Assembly: GCF_004010195.1 (NCBI RefSeq) | Contig: NC_057728.1 | Location: forward strand, 52,831,996-52,851,995 | DNA length: 20,000 nucleotides | DNA from: Chiloscyllium plagiosum | Taxonomy: Eukaryota | Direction: 5' to 3' | Shown: positions 19,808 to 20,000 of the stretch, piece by piece | How the letters are laid out: each line of letters begins with the position of its first letter | Numbering within the stretch: position 1 is the first letter of the stretch | Made by a program: the position numbers and the translations under genes | Notes under the pieces: model-generated | What the model saw: only the letters and a program-made list of their open reading frames with translations | What the model was told of the DNA's origin: nothing | Databases searched by the model: none

Positions 19808-20000
19808 CATTTCGGGTATGAGCCCTTCTTCAGGAATGAGGAAAGTGTGTCCAGCAGGCTAAGATAAAAGGTAGAGAGGAGGGACTTGGGGGAGGGGCGT
19901 TGGAAATGCGATAGGTGGAAGGAGGTCAAGGTGAGGGTGATAGGCCGGAGTGGGGGTGGGGGCGGAGAGGTCAGGAAGAAGATTGCAGGTTAGGAAGGCG
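19742..20000 (-). mobile_element. Penelope-like element 3' end/pseudo-LTR (young); continues beyond the window; extra terminal copy at 19623-19688
   Basis: Minus strand pyrimidine-rich tract, then CCTGAAGAAGGGCTCATACCCGAAATGTCGATTCTCC..GCTGCCTGACCTGCTGCGCCTTTCCAGCAACACATTTTCAGCTC. No ORF in the window, so the assignment rests on recalled resemblance and the hammerhead motif. Confidence 0.75.
19801..19838 (-). ncRNA. Minimal type I hammerhead ribozyme-like motif
   Basis: CUGAAGA-A-GGG(CUCAUA)CCC-GAAA-U-GUC. Cleavage is predicted after GUC, between plus-strand 19806 and 19805. ACGU is altered to AUGU and stem I is weak. Confidence 0.6.

Overview
Repeat-dominated vertebrate genomic DNA. The repeat families look like those of cartilaginous fishes, most like carpet/bamboo sharks; this is inferred from recalled family resemblance, not a database search. 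No intact host gene or confident exon is visible, and the ORF-track entries are almost all fragments or antisense shadows of decayed retroelements. Contents: (1) about a dozen CR1-type LINE fragments on both strands; (2) a second LINE family and its partner SINE; (3) HE1/V-type and Deu-domain (SacSINE1-like) SINEs; (4) a heavily decayed, apparently internally deleted Ty3/Gypsy (Mag-like) LTR retrotransposon at ~574-3450, with gag, zinc knuckles, protease, an integrase tail, a polypurine tract and a probable 3' LTR; (5) the end of a young Penelope-like element at the right edge. The most notable signals are three ~105-140 bp insertions that each begin at a minimal hammerhead-ribozyme-like motif, two with clear target-site duplications, and a perfect 119 bp tandem duplication that breaks within 2 nt of the predicted hammerhead cleavage site of the Penelope-like element.
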